Source: Macrostomum lignano (lineage: Eukaryota). Taken from it: 64,000 nucleotides of DNA. The notes under the pieces are model-generated. The model had not been told where the DNA came from and did no database searches. It worked only from the letters and a program-made list of their open reading frames with translations. Of this stretch, positions 1 through 12,126 are shown piece by piece; the first letter of the stretch is position 1; each line of letters begins with the position of its first letter. Location: NCBI GenBank assembly GCA_002269645.1, contig NIVC01000461.1, positions 525,377 through 589,376 of the forward strand, in the 5' to 3' direction. Made by a program: the position numbers and the translations under genes.

Positions 1-1863
1 GCATTTTTATTGCAAATATACTTGATTTTAAAAAGGAAAAATACAAAGTTCGGCTAATGCCACTTGTGAGTATTTTGCAACTTGGGGCTTATGAAATAAA
101 AAGAAAATAATATGAAGATGAAACTTTCAAGACACAACTACATTAAAATATAATAGAGTAACATGTTGTGCGTGCTAAATAAAAAGAATGGTTATCTTAG
201 CTGCCTTAGATCAAATGCAATCATTGATTTTGTGATGAAAAAATGATTTGCTCCTATCTCCGCAGTGTATTTTTTCCAGGAAATCGTCCTCCTAAAAATT
301 TACACGATCTTTGAGTTTTACGTCCTGCTAGTCTAGAAGTCCTTGGGCATAACTCCTATTTTCTACTTAATTAGGCTAGTAGTTTGTCTTTCTCGCTTGA
401 AAACACTTATAGCATAGTGTTTTCGAGTGTCATGGTTTTTATTTCGGTAGATTTTTAATCAGAAAACCTGCATTGCTGAATGCAGCAATTCAGTAGAAAA
501 GGGTCCTTGTATGGTACATTATAGGGACATAGAAATTTGGTAGCTACAGTAGCTACAGACTAAAGATTATTTGAAACCTAGATGTATGTATTTGTTCATG
601 GAGAGTAGTTAAGGGTTAGAGAGGTGGTGGATTAAGAGAGAGCAAAGTGGGGCTCTAGCCAGTCTGAAAAATTCAGATCGATGTACAAATTGTAATCACA
701 CTCAGGTCTGATGAGTCACTTTAACAAGAGCAGCATTATGGTGCTTTAAAGAATACATTTGAGTATTCCTTAATTGATTACACATTTATTTATTGCAGCT
801 GCTGCTGTGAGTGTACATGATGTTACTTAATTAAGAAAACAAAGTTTGACATTTTAATTGAAAAAAAAACACGTTTAGCTTGCAATAAAATAAAAATAAC
901 ACACTAAAGTAATAGTTTTACACGTCATACGAACATTAACCGTAGGTCAGCATGAAAGCTATATAGCAAGTGAAGATGGGCAAAGAGCTGAGAGCTGAGA
1001 AATGGGCAAAGATGATTAAAACAGGAAGGACGAGGCATCTTGTTTATTAGATTATTTTAAGCCTCATTTTTTCCGAAAAACGACACTATTTGATTAAACG
1101 CCCATAAAATGATAGTTTTAAAATGTACATGCTTTATCTTCTCTATCGCTTTATAGATTTTTTAAGTCAAGCCGTTAAAACTTTTCCAAGAAATCAAGTG
1201 TTTCTATTTTCTCGATTCTATAGTGGAACTTGAAAATGGGAAACTGTCAAAGAAGCAGAGTTGAGACTCAAAAAAGCAAATGAAAATAGCACTCATGTCA
1301 TACCATAAATAATGAATGCGTGTACAACAAACGAGATGTACGGATGTTTACATGTACATAAAAACGCAATAGAAATTTGAAAACATTTGAAAAATGAAAG
1401 AGAAGCGAGACGGAGCCAATATTAAATAACTACATGAATGCAAACGCTAAAGCAGGCATCAGGAAGGCCGCAATGACCTCTTAGGGTTGGGCAATAGAGT
1501 AAATACAATGAAAGATTTATGCTCAAAAGCTCTCTAGCAGGGTGTAAGAGTATACTTTACTTCACAGTTAAGCAAACGATTAGAAAACCACAGCTAACAA
1601 ACAATGGCTAAGAGAATTGCTGACAGAGTACAAAAGTACATTTATGATTAAATATAAATATGAACGTGCTAACTCGATACGTGTGTGACAGAAAGTTGCA
1701 GCGATTGCTTTACTGAAAAATTTGTTCTAATTTTTCTTACGCTATAGAATTAGATAAGAGGATCGTATACTGGGTCCAAAAAATTTGAACGGGAAGAGGG
1801 CCACAGGAATTAAAAAACTGAAACATAAGGCTGCTTTGCTTTATCAAAGGACAGGAAGAAGAG

Positions 1864-2490
1864 TTAGCGGCGCTACATTGAGAGACCGAAAGTGAACTAA
1901 GCGGCGCTAAATTGAAGGAACGGAAGTGAGCTTAGCACCGCTACATTGAGGAACCGGAAGTAAGCTTAGCACCGCTGCATTGAGAGACCGAAAGTGAATT
2001 TAGCGGCGCTAAATTGAGGGACTGGAAGTGAGCTAAGCGACGCTACATTGAGGGACCGGAAGTGAGCTAAGCGACGCTACATTGAGGGACCGGAAGTGAG
2101 CTAAACAACGCTACATTGAGGGACCGAAAGTACATTTAGTGGCGCTACATTGAAGAACCATAAGTGAATTTAGTGGCGTTACATTGAGGGACCAGAAGTG
2201 AATTTAGTGGCACTACATTGAGGGACCGGAAGTGAACTAAGCGACGCTACATTGAGGGACCGGAAGTGAACTAAGCGACGCTACATTGAGGGACCGAAAG
2301 TAAATTTAGTGGCGCTACATTGAGAGACCGAAAGTGAATTTAGTGGCGCTACATTGAGGGACCGAAAGTGAATACAGCGGCTCTACATTAAAGGACCGGA
2401 AGTGAGCTTAGCAGCGCTACATTGAGAGACCGGAAGTGAGCTTAGCACCGCTACATTAAAAGACCGGAAGTGAACCTGGTGGCGCTCCTC
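1864..2490. repeat. 34-bp minisatellite, about 18 copies (GGGACCGGAAGTGAGCTAAGCGACGCTACATTGA)
   Basis: Tandem units directly visible; lies just downstream of the DCAF6-like poly(A) signal. Boundaries approximate. Confidence 0.92.
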
Positions 2491-2567
2491 ATGAGCAGTG
2501 ATAGCAGCTTTAGCCCGCTTAGCCTAAACTCACACTGGATACGCCACTAATTCTTCAAAAATGCTAC

Positions 2568-2573
2568 TTTATT
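2568..2573 (-). terminator. Putative polyadenylation signal AATAAA of the DCAF6-like gene
   Basis: TTTATT on the plus strand, 56 nt past the stop codon. Confidence 0.5.
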
Positions 2574-2628
2574 CCACATTCTCATTGCATGAAAGTACAA
2601 TTGGCTGCATCATGGTTCAAGTTATCAA

Positions 2629-5600
2629 TCACTGCGCATCGTGGGAATAGAGCCTAGACAGAGTCCGCATGATAGATAGCATAGCGCTGCCAGGCACAGT
2701 CACTGTGTTCATAGTCTGCGCTAGCATGGCCTGATTTCGCTTAACCAAACCGGCCAAATCATTATTAGCCGAAGTTAGCGACTTTTCACCGCCGGCTATT
2801 GGCGACCAGAGCTTCACGTCGTAGTCGATGCCGCTGGTTGCCAGGTAGAGCAGGCTGGGATGCGGCGCCACCCGATTCACCACCCGCTTGTCGGCCAGGC
2901 AGGCGTTCAATAGGCGGCCATCGCTGGCGCGCCAGACCAGAAAGTGTCCGCAATCGCTGCCGGACAGGACATAATTGGAGCCCCAGAATGCCGCCTGTTG
3001 GATGCAGGTGCGCGCGTTCCGGTGGCCCTGGAACACCCGGCACACCGGATAGCTTGGATAGTCGGTCGCCGATTCCACTTGCGAGCCGCTGTCGGCCAGG
3101 CCGCGGCGATTTGACTGACATGGAGCGGCGCGGGTGGCGGCGGAGTCAGCAGGGACTGAGGCTACGGAAGCGGCGGAGGCGGCGCCAGCTCCATTGCTGC
3201 TTGAATTCGACAGCTCGTGCGGTTCCGACGAAGGCGCCGGCGTCGGAGGCTCGGAGTGGCGCTGTCGAACTGCGGGCACCTCGTCAGAGGTGTCATCGCT
3301 GTCCTCTGGCAGCGGCGGGTTCTGGCCCTCCTGGTCCATCGGCTGCTCGGACGCTGCAGCGCCGGCCGGATTTCGCTGTCGATTGAGCTGGTAGGCCCGC
3401 ATCATGAACTGCCCGAGGCGCTCGCTGTAGTCGCCTGAGCCGCGGGCGACGCCGCCATCGTTGCCGCCACCGTCTCCGCTGCCACTGCCACCACCGCCGC
3501 TGCCGCCTCCTTCAGTTGAAGACGACGGCGGCTCGGAGCCCGGCCCGGTGTCGGACCAGTCGCCGCGGAAGCGAAACACGATTCGACCTGACGAGTCCTC
3601 GGCTGGAACGGCGTCGGTTGGCAGCGGGCCGCCGTGCAGCGGATCGCAGCCGGCGTTGGGCGCGGCGGTCAGTTGCGACTGAGGCACAGTCTGCTTGATG
3701 TCGAACAGGTAGAGACTGCCGCCATTGTAGGAGGCCAGCAGCTGGGTTGCACTCGGATTAAAGCTTAGGCTGGTAACGCGAACAAGTCGCTTTGAGCTGA
3801 GCACTTCAACAGGTTTGGACTGGCTGACCCAGCGACCGTAGCCGATGCAGCGCCGATCATATTCGCCAATGTAGCCGTCCTTGTCGGCCACGAATAGCCG
3901 CTCTCTGGCCAGCGGGTGGACGGCGGCTGCCGTGTAGCCATAGTAGCTGGGTTGTGAGGTGGGCCGGGGCTGGCGAGCATCGGTCAGAGAGCATCAGTGA
4001 GCATCAGTCAGTGAGCATCAGTCAGTAAGCATCAGTCAGTGAGCATCAGTCAGTGAGCATCAGTCAGTGAGCATCAGTCAGTGAGCATCAGTCAGTAAGC
4101 ATCAGTCAGTGAGCATCAGTCAGTGAGCATCAGTCAGTGCGCATCAGTCAGTGAGCATCAGTCAGTGAGCATCAGTCAGTAAGCATCAGTCAGTAAGCAT
4201 CAGTCAGTGAGCATCAGTCAGTGAGCATCAGTGAGCATCAGTCAGTGAGCATCAGTCAGTGAGCATCAGTCAGTGAGCATCAGTCAGTGAGCATCAGTGA
4301 GCATCAGTCAGTGAGCATCAGTCAGTGAGCATCAGTCAGTGAGCATCAGTCAGTGAGCATCAGTCAGTGAGCATCAGTGAGCATCAGTCAGTGAGCATCA
4401 GTGAGCATCAGTCAGTGAGCATCAGTCAGTGAGCATCAGTCAGTGAGCATCAGTCAGTGAGCATCAGTCAGTGAGCATCAGTGAGCATCAGTCAGTAAGC
4501 ATCAGTCAGTGAGCATCAGTGAGCATCAGTCAGTGAGCATCAGTCAGTGCGCATCAGTCAGTGAGCATCAGTGAGCATCAGTCAGTGAGCATCAGTCAGT
4601 GAGCATCAGTCAGTGAGCATCAGTCAGTGAGCATCAGTCAGTGAGCATCAGTCAGTGCGCATCAGTCAGTGAGCATCAGTGAGCATCAGTCAGTGAGCAT
4701 CAGTCAGTGAGCATCAGTCAGTGAGCATCAGTCAGTGAGCATCAGTCAGTGAGCATCAGTGAGCATCAGTCAGTGAGCATCAGTCAGTGAGCATCAGTCA
4801 GTGAGCATCAGTCAGTGAGCATCAGTCAGTGAGCATCAGTGAGCATCAGTCAGTGAGCATCAGTCAGTGAGCATCAGTCAGTGAGCATCAGTCAGTAAGC
4901 ATCAGTCAGTGAGCATCAGTCAGTGAGCATCAGTCAGTGCGCATCAGTCAGTGAGCATCAGTCAGTGAGCATCAGTCAGTAAGCATCAGTCAGTAAGCAT
5001 CAGTCAGTGAGCATCAGTCAGTGAGCATCAGTGAGCATCAGTCAGTGAGCATCAGTCAGTGAGCATCAGTCAGTGAGCATCAGTCAGTGAGCATCAGTCA
5101 GTGCGCATCAGTCAGTGAGCATCAGTCAGTGAGCATCAGTCAGTGAGCATCAGTCAGTGAGCATCAGTCAGTGAGAATCAGTCAGTGAGCATCAGTCAGT
5201 GAGCATCAGTGAGCATCAGTGAGCATCAGTCAGTGAGCATCAGTGAGCATCAGTCAGTGAGCATCAGTCAGTGAGCATCAGTCAGTGAGCATCAGTCAGT
5301 GAGCATCAGTCAGTGAGCATCAGTCAGTGAGCATCAGTCAGTGAGCATCAGTCAGTGAGCATCAGTCAGTGAGCATCAGTCAGTGAGCATCAGTCAGTGA
5401 GCATCAGTCAGTGAGCATCAGTCAGTGAGCATCAGTCAGTGAGCATCAGTGAGCATCAGTCAGTGAGCATCAGTCAGTGAGCATCAGTGAGCATCAGTCA
5501 GTGAGCATCAGTAAAAGGTCACGAGTCGCGTTCTCACCGGCAGTGCTGGTTGGTGAGCAGCACAACATGCCTGGAGTCGGGCTGGCGCACATCGAACTGT

Positions 5601-7090
5601 CTGAGAGTGCCGTCGGCGCTAACGCTAAGAAACAGGTCGGCCTCAGTGGGGCTGGTGACAATGTCGAACACGGTGGCCCTGTGACAGGCGTAGGAGCGAA
5701 CGTTGCCACCATCGTTGCTGGCCTGGCCAAGGTCGATCAAGTTGATTTTGCCGTCGCCAGCTGCCGATAAAATTTTTAGATCATCTGACATTGGCAGGAA
5801 TTTTGAGCTGAATATGTTCGCCCGGTGGCCAGATGCAATTGAGTGAGACTCGGCCTGGTTAATTTCAAGTATTCAGGCATAATTTCATTTGTAGCTACTT
5901 ATCAGTAGTGTGCTGGGCAAAGACATGCAGGCCTGGACCCTATTCATACAATGAGATGCAGTGCTATCTATATATAAGCCTTTGGATACAATTACTCAAG
6001 ATTTCACTACATTCTTCTGCAGCAACCAAAACAACTGCTTTCATTACCATATGCCCTGTTCTGTTTGCCATTATTTTGCAATGCAAAGCAATGTTCCAAA
6101 TTCAACCTGCATGCATGCAATAGTTTTGGATTTGTTTAGTTTTGATACCAAAAACCATGGTTGGGAAAGATTTGAATCTCTTTCTAAAATAGACAGGAGC
6201 TACAGGGTATTAATCAGATAGTTAAAGGCTTAAGAAATATTAACTAGAGAAAAAAGTCAAATAAAAGTCTAATGGAAATTGTAAAACATCTCAATAATTG
6301 TTAAAATGGTTTATGACTTATTGAAAGCAACTTAGCTTACCAAATGACTAAATGGAGATGTTATAGCAACATTGCGATCATCTGAGCCAGACAATAAGTA
6401 GCGCCCATTAGAGCTCCAACACACTGAATTAACCTACAAAAATGAAAAGGAAAATTCTTGATGATGATGACTATGATGACTAATAGTCATCAAGTTTTTT
6501 AAAGATATACAATAGAATTAAAGAACTCACACAACCAGAATGCACAGGAAGAATTTTTTCCAATGATAGTCGCATTACACTCCATTCAAAGTCTAAAAAG
6601 GTTAGAAAATGTTTAAATGTTTATCTTCTTTATTAAACTTTTACTATATTATATTTATTTCCAATAATGCAATATTGGTCTCATTCTGTATAATCATAAT
6701 TATCATACATAGTTTATTTTAAAACTATCTTATAAGTAAAGGTTTATTACAGAAGAAAAACAAAATGCTTAGATAGAGCAGACTTAGAGCAGAATACTAA
6801 AAGCAAAAAAATAGTTGTTAGTAAATAGCTAAGTTATAAGTTACAACTGATATAAGGGTGCAAAACACAGTGGCACAGTCGGAAATTTTTTTGGGGGGCC
6901 CATTCAGGGGAGGGGGAATTTCGCCAGGCCCCCGCACCCCCCTGGCTGTGCCACAGGCAAAACAATCAATTCAACTTCTTCTCTAAAGCTATCAACATTT
7001 TTGGAGTAATTATTTACCTTTGAAATTGCTTTTTGGAAGGTTATCAGGAAAAGTTATTCGATAGTTCAAATTTTGGTGAAAGAAAGACAT
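2629..7090 (-). CDS. DCAF6: DDB1- and CUL4-associated factor 6-like WD40 protein, about 620 aa, 5 exons
   Basis: complement(join(2629..3946,5538..5854,6341..6433,6531..6592,7018..7090)) = 1863 nt, all GT-AG and frame-consistent. Motifs RLSLEKILPVHSGCVNSVCW..G.YLLSGSDD, SGHRANIFSSKFLP, RGDWSDTGP, GHRNARTCIQQAAFWGSNYVLSGSDCGH and LATSGIDYDVKLWSP match recalled DCAF6/IQWD1 motifs. Confidence 0.9.
3975..5512. repeat. 14-bp minisatellite GTGAGCATCAGTCA with 10-bp deletion variants, filling DCAF6 intron 4
   Basis: More than 100 near-identical units occupying about 1540 of 1591 intron bases. Confidence 0.97.
6868..6956. mobile_element. 89-bp hAT-type mini-MITE in DCAF6 intron 1
   Basis: Terminal inverted repeats (TIRs) CAGTGGCACAG / CTGTGCCACAG (1 mismatch); 8-bp TSD GCAAAACA at 6860-6867 and 6957-6964. 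Confidence 0.7.
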
Positions 7091-9063
7091 TTTTAAAGTT
7101 CACAAAATGTCTAAAATAGATCTGCAAATAAAGTCCCCCCTAGTAATGATTTAGCAAAAAACAAACGAGTAAAAAGTAATCAATTAAAATTAAAAATTCT
7201 ACGGTTACAAACGTCATTTGCTTTGTGAAGCAAACAAAACTTTAGGCAAAGCAAGTTCTACTTTGCCAGTTTGCTGAAAGTTAATTTGATCTCGGTTAAG
7301 CGAACGTTTTGTAGAAAAAAAGTATTCAAATTTTTTGGTCATTTTCGTAATGTAAAATATACTCTATGGCTCGTTTTTATACATAAATATTATTTAATTC
7401 AAAATTAATCATTTAAAAAGTAGACAATTTTTTTGCAAAATTTCTCCTTAATGTAAATATATAGTTATACTTAATACATTTGTACGATAATTTTACGAGG
7501 TAAAACCTATTTTGAAATCATTCAACAGTCCGTCAATTTAAATTTTTGTTTGGCTCTGAACTTTCCTTTTTCGTTTTAAAGAAGTTAAGTAGACATATAC
7601 TTCTTTAGCATGTTTAGCTTTTAAAATTTCTACATTCGAGTGTTATAACTACAGTACAGGCAACATGAATATGAGTATAATGTATATAATGTATAATGTA
7701 TAATGTAATTATATCTGTATTGGTAAACTTACTGTAGTCTGTAATTGTATGTGTACTGTACAATATTAGCTAGGCGGCTAACTTTGGCTCCCTAAGCAGA
7801 TTAAGATGTAGCCTATTACATTTTTATGTGGTGGGTAACTCAGGGTAAGGCTATAGTAGGCCTATAAAACAATTGCATAGCAATATAGATTAAGAGGGTA
7901 TTAGAGCCCAGAGGTTAGTTGCAAGATGTTAGATGGGACATTTTTCTATCTATAGGCCTAGGCCTAAAATGCCTGAAAACTTTAAGCTTTATGTATGACT
8001 ATGAGTATGACATTGGCATAAATAGATAACAGATTTGGCTACAGGCTAGGGGCCTATCTCTTAGTCCATGACTCTACTATCTTATGTTATTATCCCTTGT
8101 TCTTAGGCCTAGGCCTAGCTGTTATTTTATTGGCCTACCTCTTAATTTTGTATCTAGTTTTTTAGGCAGTCATTATTTGCATAGTAGGCCTACTGTGTAA
8201 ATATAGCTAGTGTTATTTACAAATTATTTACAAAAGTAACTAAAATAAATAGGCCTACATTAGCCTAAGGCCCTATAAATAGTTATTTTATCAAGGACTA
8301 ATCAATATTTGATCCTTGTATCTTTTATTTTCAATATGAGTTTAAAATAACTAAGCTAGGCCTTAGTAAAATAGAGTTTAAACATAATTTATGTTTATAG
8401 CTTAGCATTAGCTTAGCATAGCTTAGCTTAGCTAGCCTAGCTTAGTATACTTAAAAAACAAATAAAAGATGCAACTTATTTGCCTTTAAAATAAATGGAT
8501 TTGTGGTCAGTCAAATATAACTTGATTAGGCCCATTCTCTTATAGCCATAGTTAGGAAGATAGCCTTTTTTTACAGATAATTCCAGTGCAAAAAAGGGTT
8601 GGGTATGTTATATTGAAGCATTCTGGCACAATAGTAGGCAAGGGAAAAATTCCATTCTTTTGGTTAACAATCACCTTAACTTAAATAGTGATGATCCCTC
8701 AAACAATGACAATCACTACTGAAAACAGTTGTAAAACATAAAACCCAATGGTGGTTTCCAATGAAATGAAATTGAATGTTGGCAAATTGACTTTGTTTAT
8801 TTCAAATGATGGTAAGACTATTATAGCTTATATTTCACTTTTAGTTTACAATCATCTATATGTATGTTACTATTAAAATGATTGCAAACCAAAGTTGGCT
8901 ATAGGAAAGCCCATTAAATAATTTTAATTATAAAGTCGCAAGTTTGAACTAACAGCTTATATATACAAGGTGTATTCAAAAAGTTCTTTTCAATGCCCTA
9001 CAAAACTGAACACAAAACAACTGGAACTATGAAAACACTATTAGATTGTTTAACATGATTCTG

Positions 9064-10041
9064 TCACTCAACATATTCACTGCCAATGTCTTTGCACTTC
9101 TGCCAGAAATTTACCAGGCCTCTGTTTCCAGAACTCACACCATTTGTATCTGTTTGACGAACAGCTTGACTGCATGCAACTTGGATGTGCTCAACGCTGT
9201 CAAATTGAATGCCTCGAAGGTGCTTCTTCATAGAATGAAATAAGAAAAAGTTGCATGGCAACAAATCAGGCAAATAGGGTGGATGTTGGAGCACTTCTCA
9301 GCCCCATTTGCTCAGGAGTTCCACAACGTTGTGCTTGCAATGTGCTGGCGCATTGTCGTGCAGCAGAATCATGCTAGGTTCCAGCAGACCAGGGGCGCTT
9401 CTTTCCTATTGCTGGGCGCAACTCCTGCAGTATCCACTTTTAGTAGTCCCCATTGACGGTGGTTCCTTGTGGGACTGCCCAGTTCAGCAGGATTCCTTGG
9501 GAATAAAAAACATGACGTGCATGATCTTCAGCGCACCCTGCTTCCTGATGGCCTGAGGTCCTGGAGAATGTGCTGGAAGCCATTCGGCAGACTGGGCCTT
9601 TGTCTCAGGATCCCAGCTGTAAACCCACGTCTCGTCTCCAGCAACAATTCTCGATAGAAAATCCTCCCCTTCTCGATGGAACCGACACAGGTGGCTGCTT
9701 GAAGCCAGAGTTCACTGCATCTTTTGCTCACCTGTCAGCAGGTGTGGCACCCACTTGCAAAACTTTTTCTGCAGGTGAAGACACTCAGTCAGAATTGTGT
9801 GGACGCTTCCTGCTGACACACCAACGTCTTCTCCCAACTCTTCGCAAGTCCGTAGCCGATCATCATCCAGGAGCTCTTGTACTTTCTTCACAACAGTCTC
9901 ATAGGTTGCAGTCATCAGCCTTCCAGAGCGATCATTGTCCCCAACGCTCTCTCTTCCCTCAGCGAACAGCCGGTACCATTTTCGAAATGTCTGCTCAGTT
10001 GGTGCACAGTTGCCAAGCACTTGCTGAAGCTCCCTAAACAT
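9064..10041 (-). pseudogene. Mariner transposase pseudogene
   Basis: ORF pieces 9712-10041 (HTH region, WVPHLLT) and 9064-9294 (C-terminus); in-frame stops between them; third catalytic Asp reads Asn (PCNFF). Confidence 0.88.
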
Positions 10042-10120
10042 ATCCGGTGGCTTTTTACTTGCAGAAACTGAAACTTCATCAAGCTTTGAATGTCTTACTT
10101 TGAAAATGATTCAGCTATGG

Positions 10121-10400
10121 CCCTGATTGCAGCGCATGGGCATTTTGGCGGACGGCGTCTGGCGCGATTCTAATACGGCGCGGCGCGGCGCGTACGGCGC
10201 GCGGCGATTAGTACGGCGCGGCACGGTACTAATTAGATGCCGAGGCATTTAGCCTTGATAAGACAGTCATAGTTACTCCTGCCGTTTATCTAAAACTGCG
10301 TTAATTTTGCTTTAGGGTTTCTTTCACAGGTAAGTCATTTCACAGCGTGGCGCAGGTTGTGTAGGCGTCTGGCGTACTTAAGCCATGCGCTGCAATAGGG
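10121..10400. mobile_element. About 280-bp MITE inserted upstream of the mariner ORF
   Basis: TIRs CCCTGATTGCAGCGCATGG / CCATGCGCTGCAATAGGG; flanking direct repeat GCTATGG(CC) at 10114 and 10401; internal (CGGCG)n tract. Confidence 0.65.
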
Positions 10401-11298
10401 GCTATGGCCAAGAAATTGAGTGGTAGCTGATAAAAATGTTTGCTGCTCTAAACATAGTTGCAAACTGAGGCTAAAAACCCTGGGAACATTTAGGCCATAG
10501 ACATAACTTGGTGAAATCACTAAAATTCTGTTTACAATGCTTTCTAAAAATAAATGCCAAAGGACCAAAAAGAACTATTTGAATACACCTCATATATATC
10601 ACTTTTAGTTTATGATCACCTAAACATATATTGCCTATTGAAATAATTGTGAACTAAAGCTGGCTATAAAAAAGTGCCAAATATAACAAATAGTCACCAT
10701 ATGCAGAAAACTGCTGCTCATTCTAGATCAAAGGCATCAAAATCCCCCTTTACCTTTGCATCCCCCTTACCTTTGCACCCTCTCTCCTTTGGTTTATGAT
10801 TACTTCCACATATGCAATCTGCTAAAATGATCGCAGTCCAAAGCTGGCAATATTACCTTTACCCTAAGTGCATGTGCATTACATATAATATTAATTTTAA
10901 CCCAGTTTCAGTTCAGTTTCAGTTTCTATTTGCATTACACATTCAAATGATCATATACCAAAGCTGATATATAAGCATCATCCAATAAACTGCACTTTCA
11001 ACTTTGTGTATTTTAAGTTTTACTAGTATTTTTTCAAATGGAAAATTATTGATTTTTGCATTTTTTCAAAGAGTTATAGTACAAAACCAAGCAAACCTTT
11101 TTAATAAGATTTGTTCCACAGCACAGTGCAATCAAACTTTTTTGATAAGATTCATTCTGGTATAGGCATGCCATGATCCTGACTATAGGGCTACAGCTAT
11201 AATTATAAGTACTATAATATATAAAACTAGTATTTATTTTATTTACTGTGCAAATAACAAGTACTAGTATTTTAGGATCTTTATTTATTTGTCTTCTA

Positions 11299-12126
11299 CG
11301 AGAGGTGTCCCAAAAGTTCCCGGAATGTCTAACGTAGCTCTTCAACAGAGCCATGAAATTTCACGCCCATGGTGTCAAATGAAAAGAAATTTTGTCACAA
11401 AGAATACAAAGTTAAAATCATGTTGATATCTTTTTTTATTCAAGAGCTACAGCAAGAAACGTGCGCAAAGGTCATGGGTAGTGTTACACAACCTCAACAA
11501 TCTATGGCAATAATTTTTTCATCTCCATTTTTGGAGTTTTTCATTTTGAATTCGTGCTACTGACGTGTTAGAAAGACGTGGTAGTGTCTATGGAAAAAAG
11601 CAGAAATGCTCATAAAGCTAATCTGAGCTTTTGCGCGAGTGCAGATAATTCGTACCAAGCGCTTGCTTTCAACTTGAAATTTCTTTGCGAAAATGAGTTC
11701 TCTTCAGAGCCTTGAAAGTCAGCAAAGTCAAGTTTTTGCCCTTTGGTCAGTAGGATGGAATAGAGCCAAGATTTCTAACCACTTATTCTCCATCCACGGT
11801 GAGAACAGCCTGAAAAAACTGCAATTTACGGATGGATTGAACGCTTTAGAGTTGGCCAGTCTGCTGTGAATGAATTCAAAATGAAAAACTCCAAAAATGG
11901 AGATGAAAAAATTATTGCCATAGATTGTTGAGGTTGTGTAACACTACCCCTGACCTTTGCGCAAGTTTCTTGCTGTAGCTCTTGAATAAAAAAAGATATC
12001 AACATGATTTTAACTTTGTATTCTTTGTGACAAAATTTCCTTTCATTTGACACCATGGGCGTGAAATTTCATGGCTCTGTTGAAGAGTTACGTTAGACAT
12101 TCCGGGAACTTTTGGGACACCCCTCG
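11299..12126. mobile_element. 828-bp non-autonomous mariner-derived foldback element with 255-bp TIRs
   Basis: 11299-11553 is the near-perfect reverse complement of 11872-12126; TA flanks; mariner-like end CGAGAGGTGTCCCAAAAGTTCC. Confidence 0.9.

Larger units (their letters stand above)
8966..10592 (-). mobile_element. Decayed mariner element carrying a nested MITE
   Basis: TA-flanked TIRs CAAGGTGTATTCAAAAAGTTCTTTT / AAAAGAACTATTTGAATACACCTCA; broken transposase with WVPHLLT, GDETW, HDNAPAH and HPPYLPDLLPCNFFLF. Confidence 0.9.
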
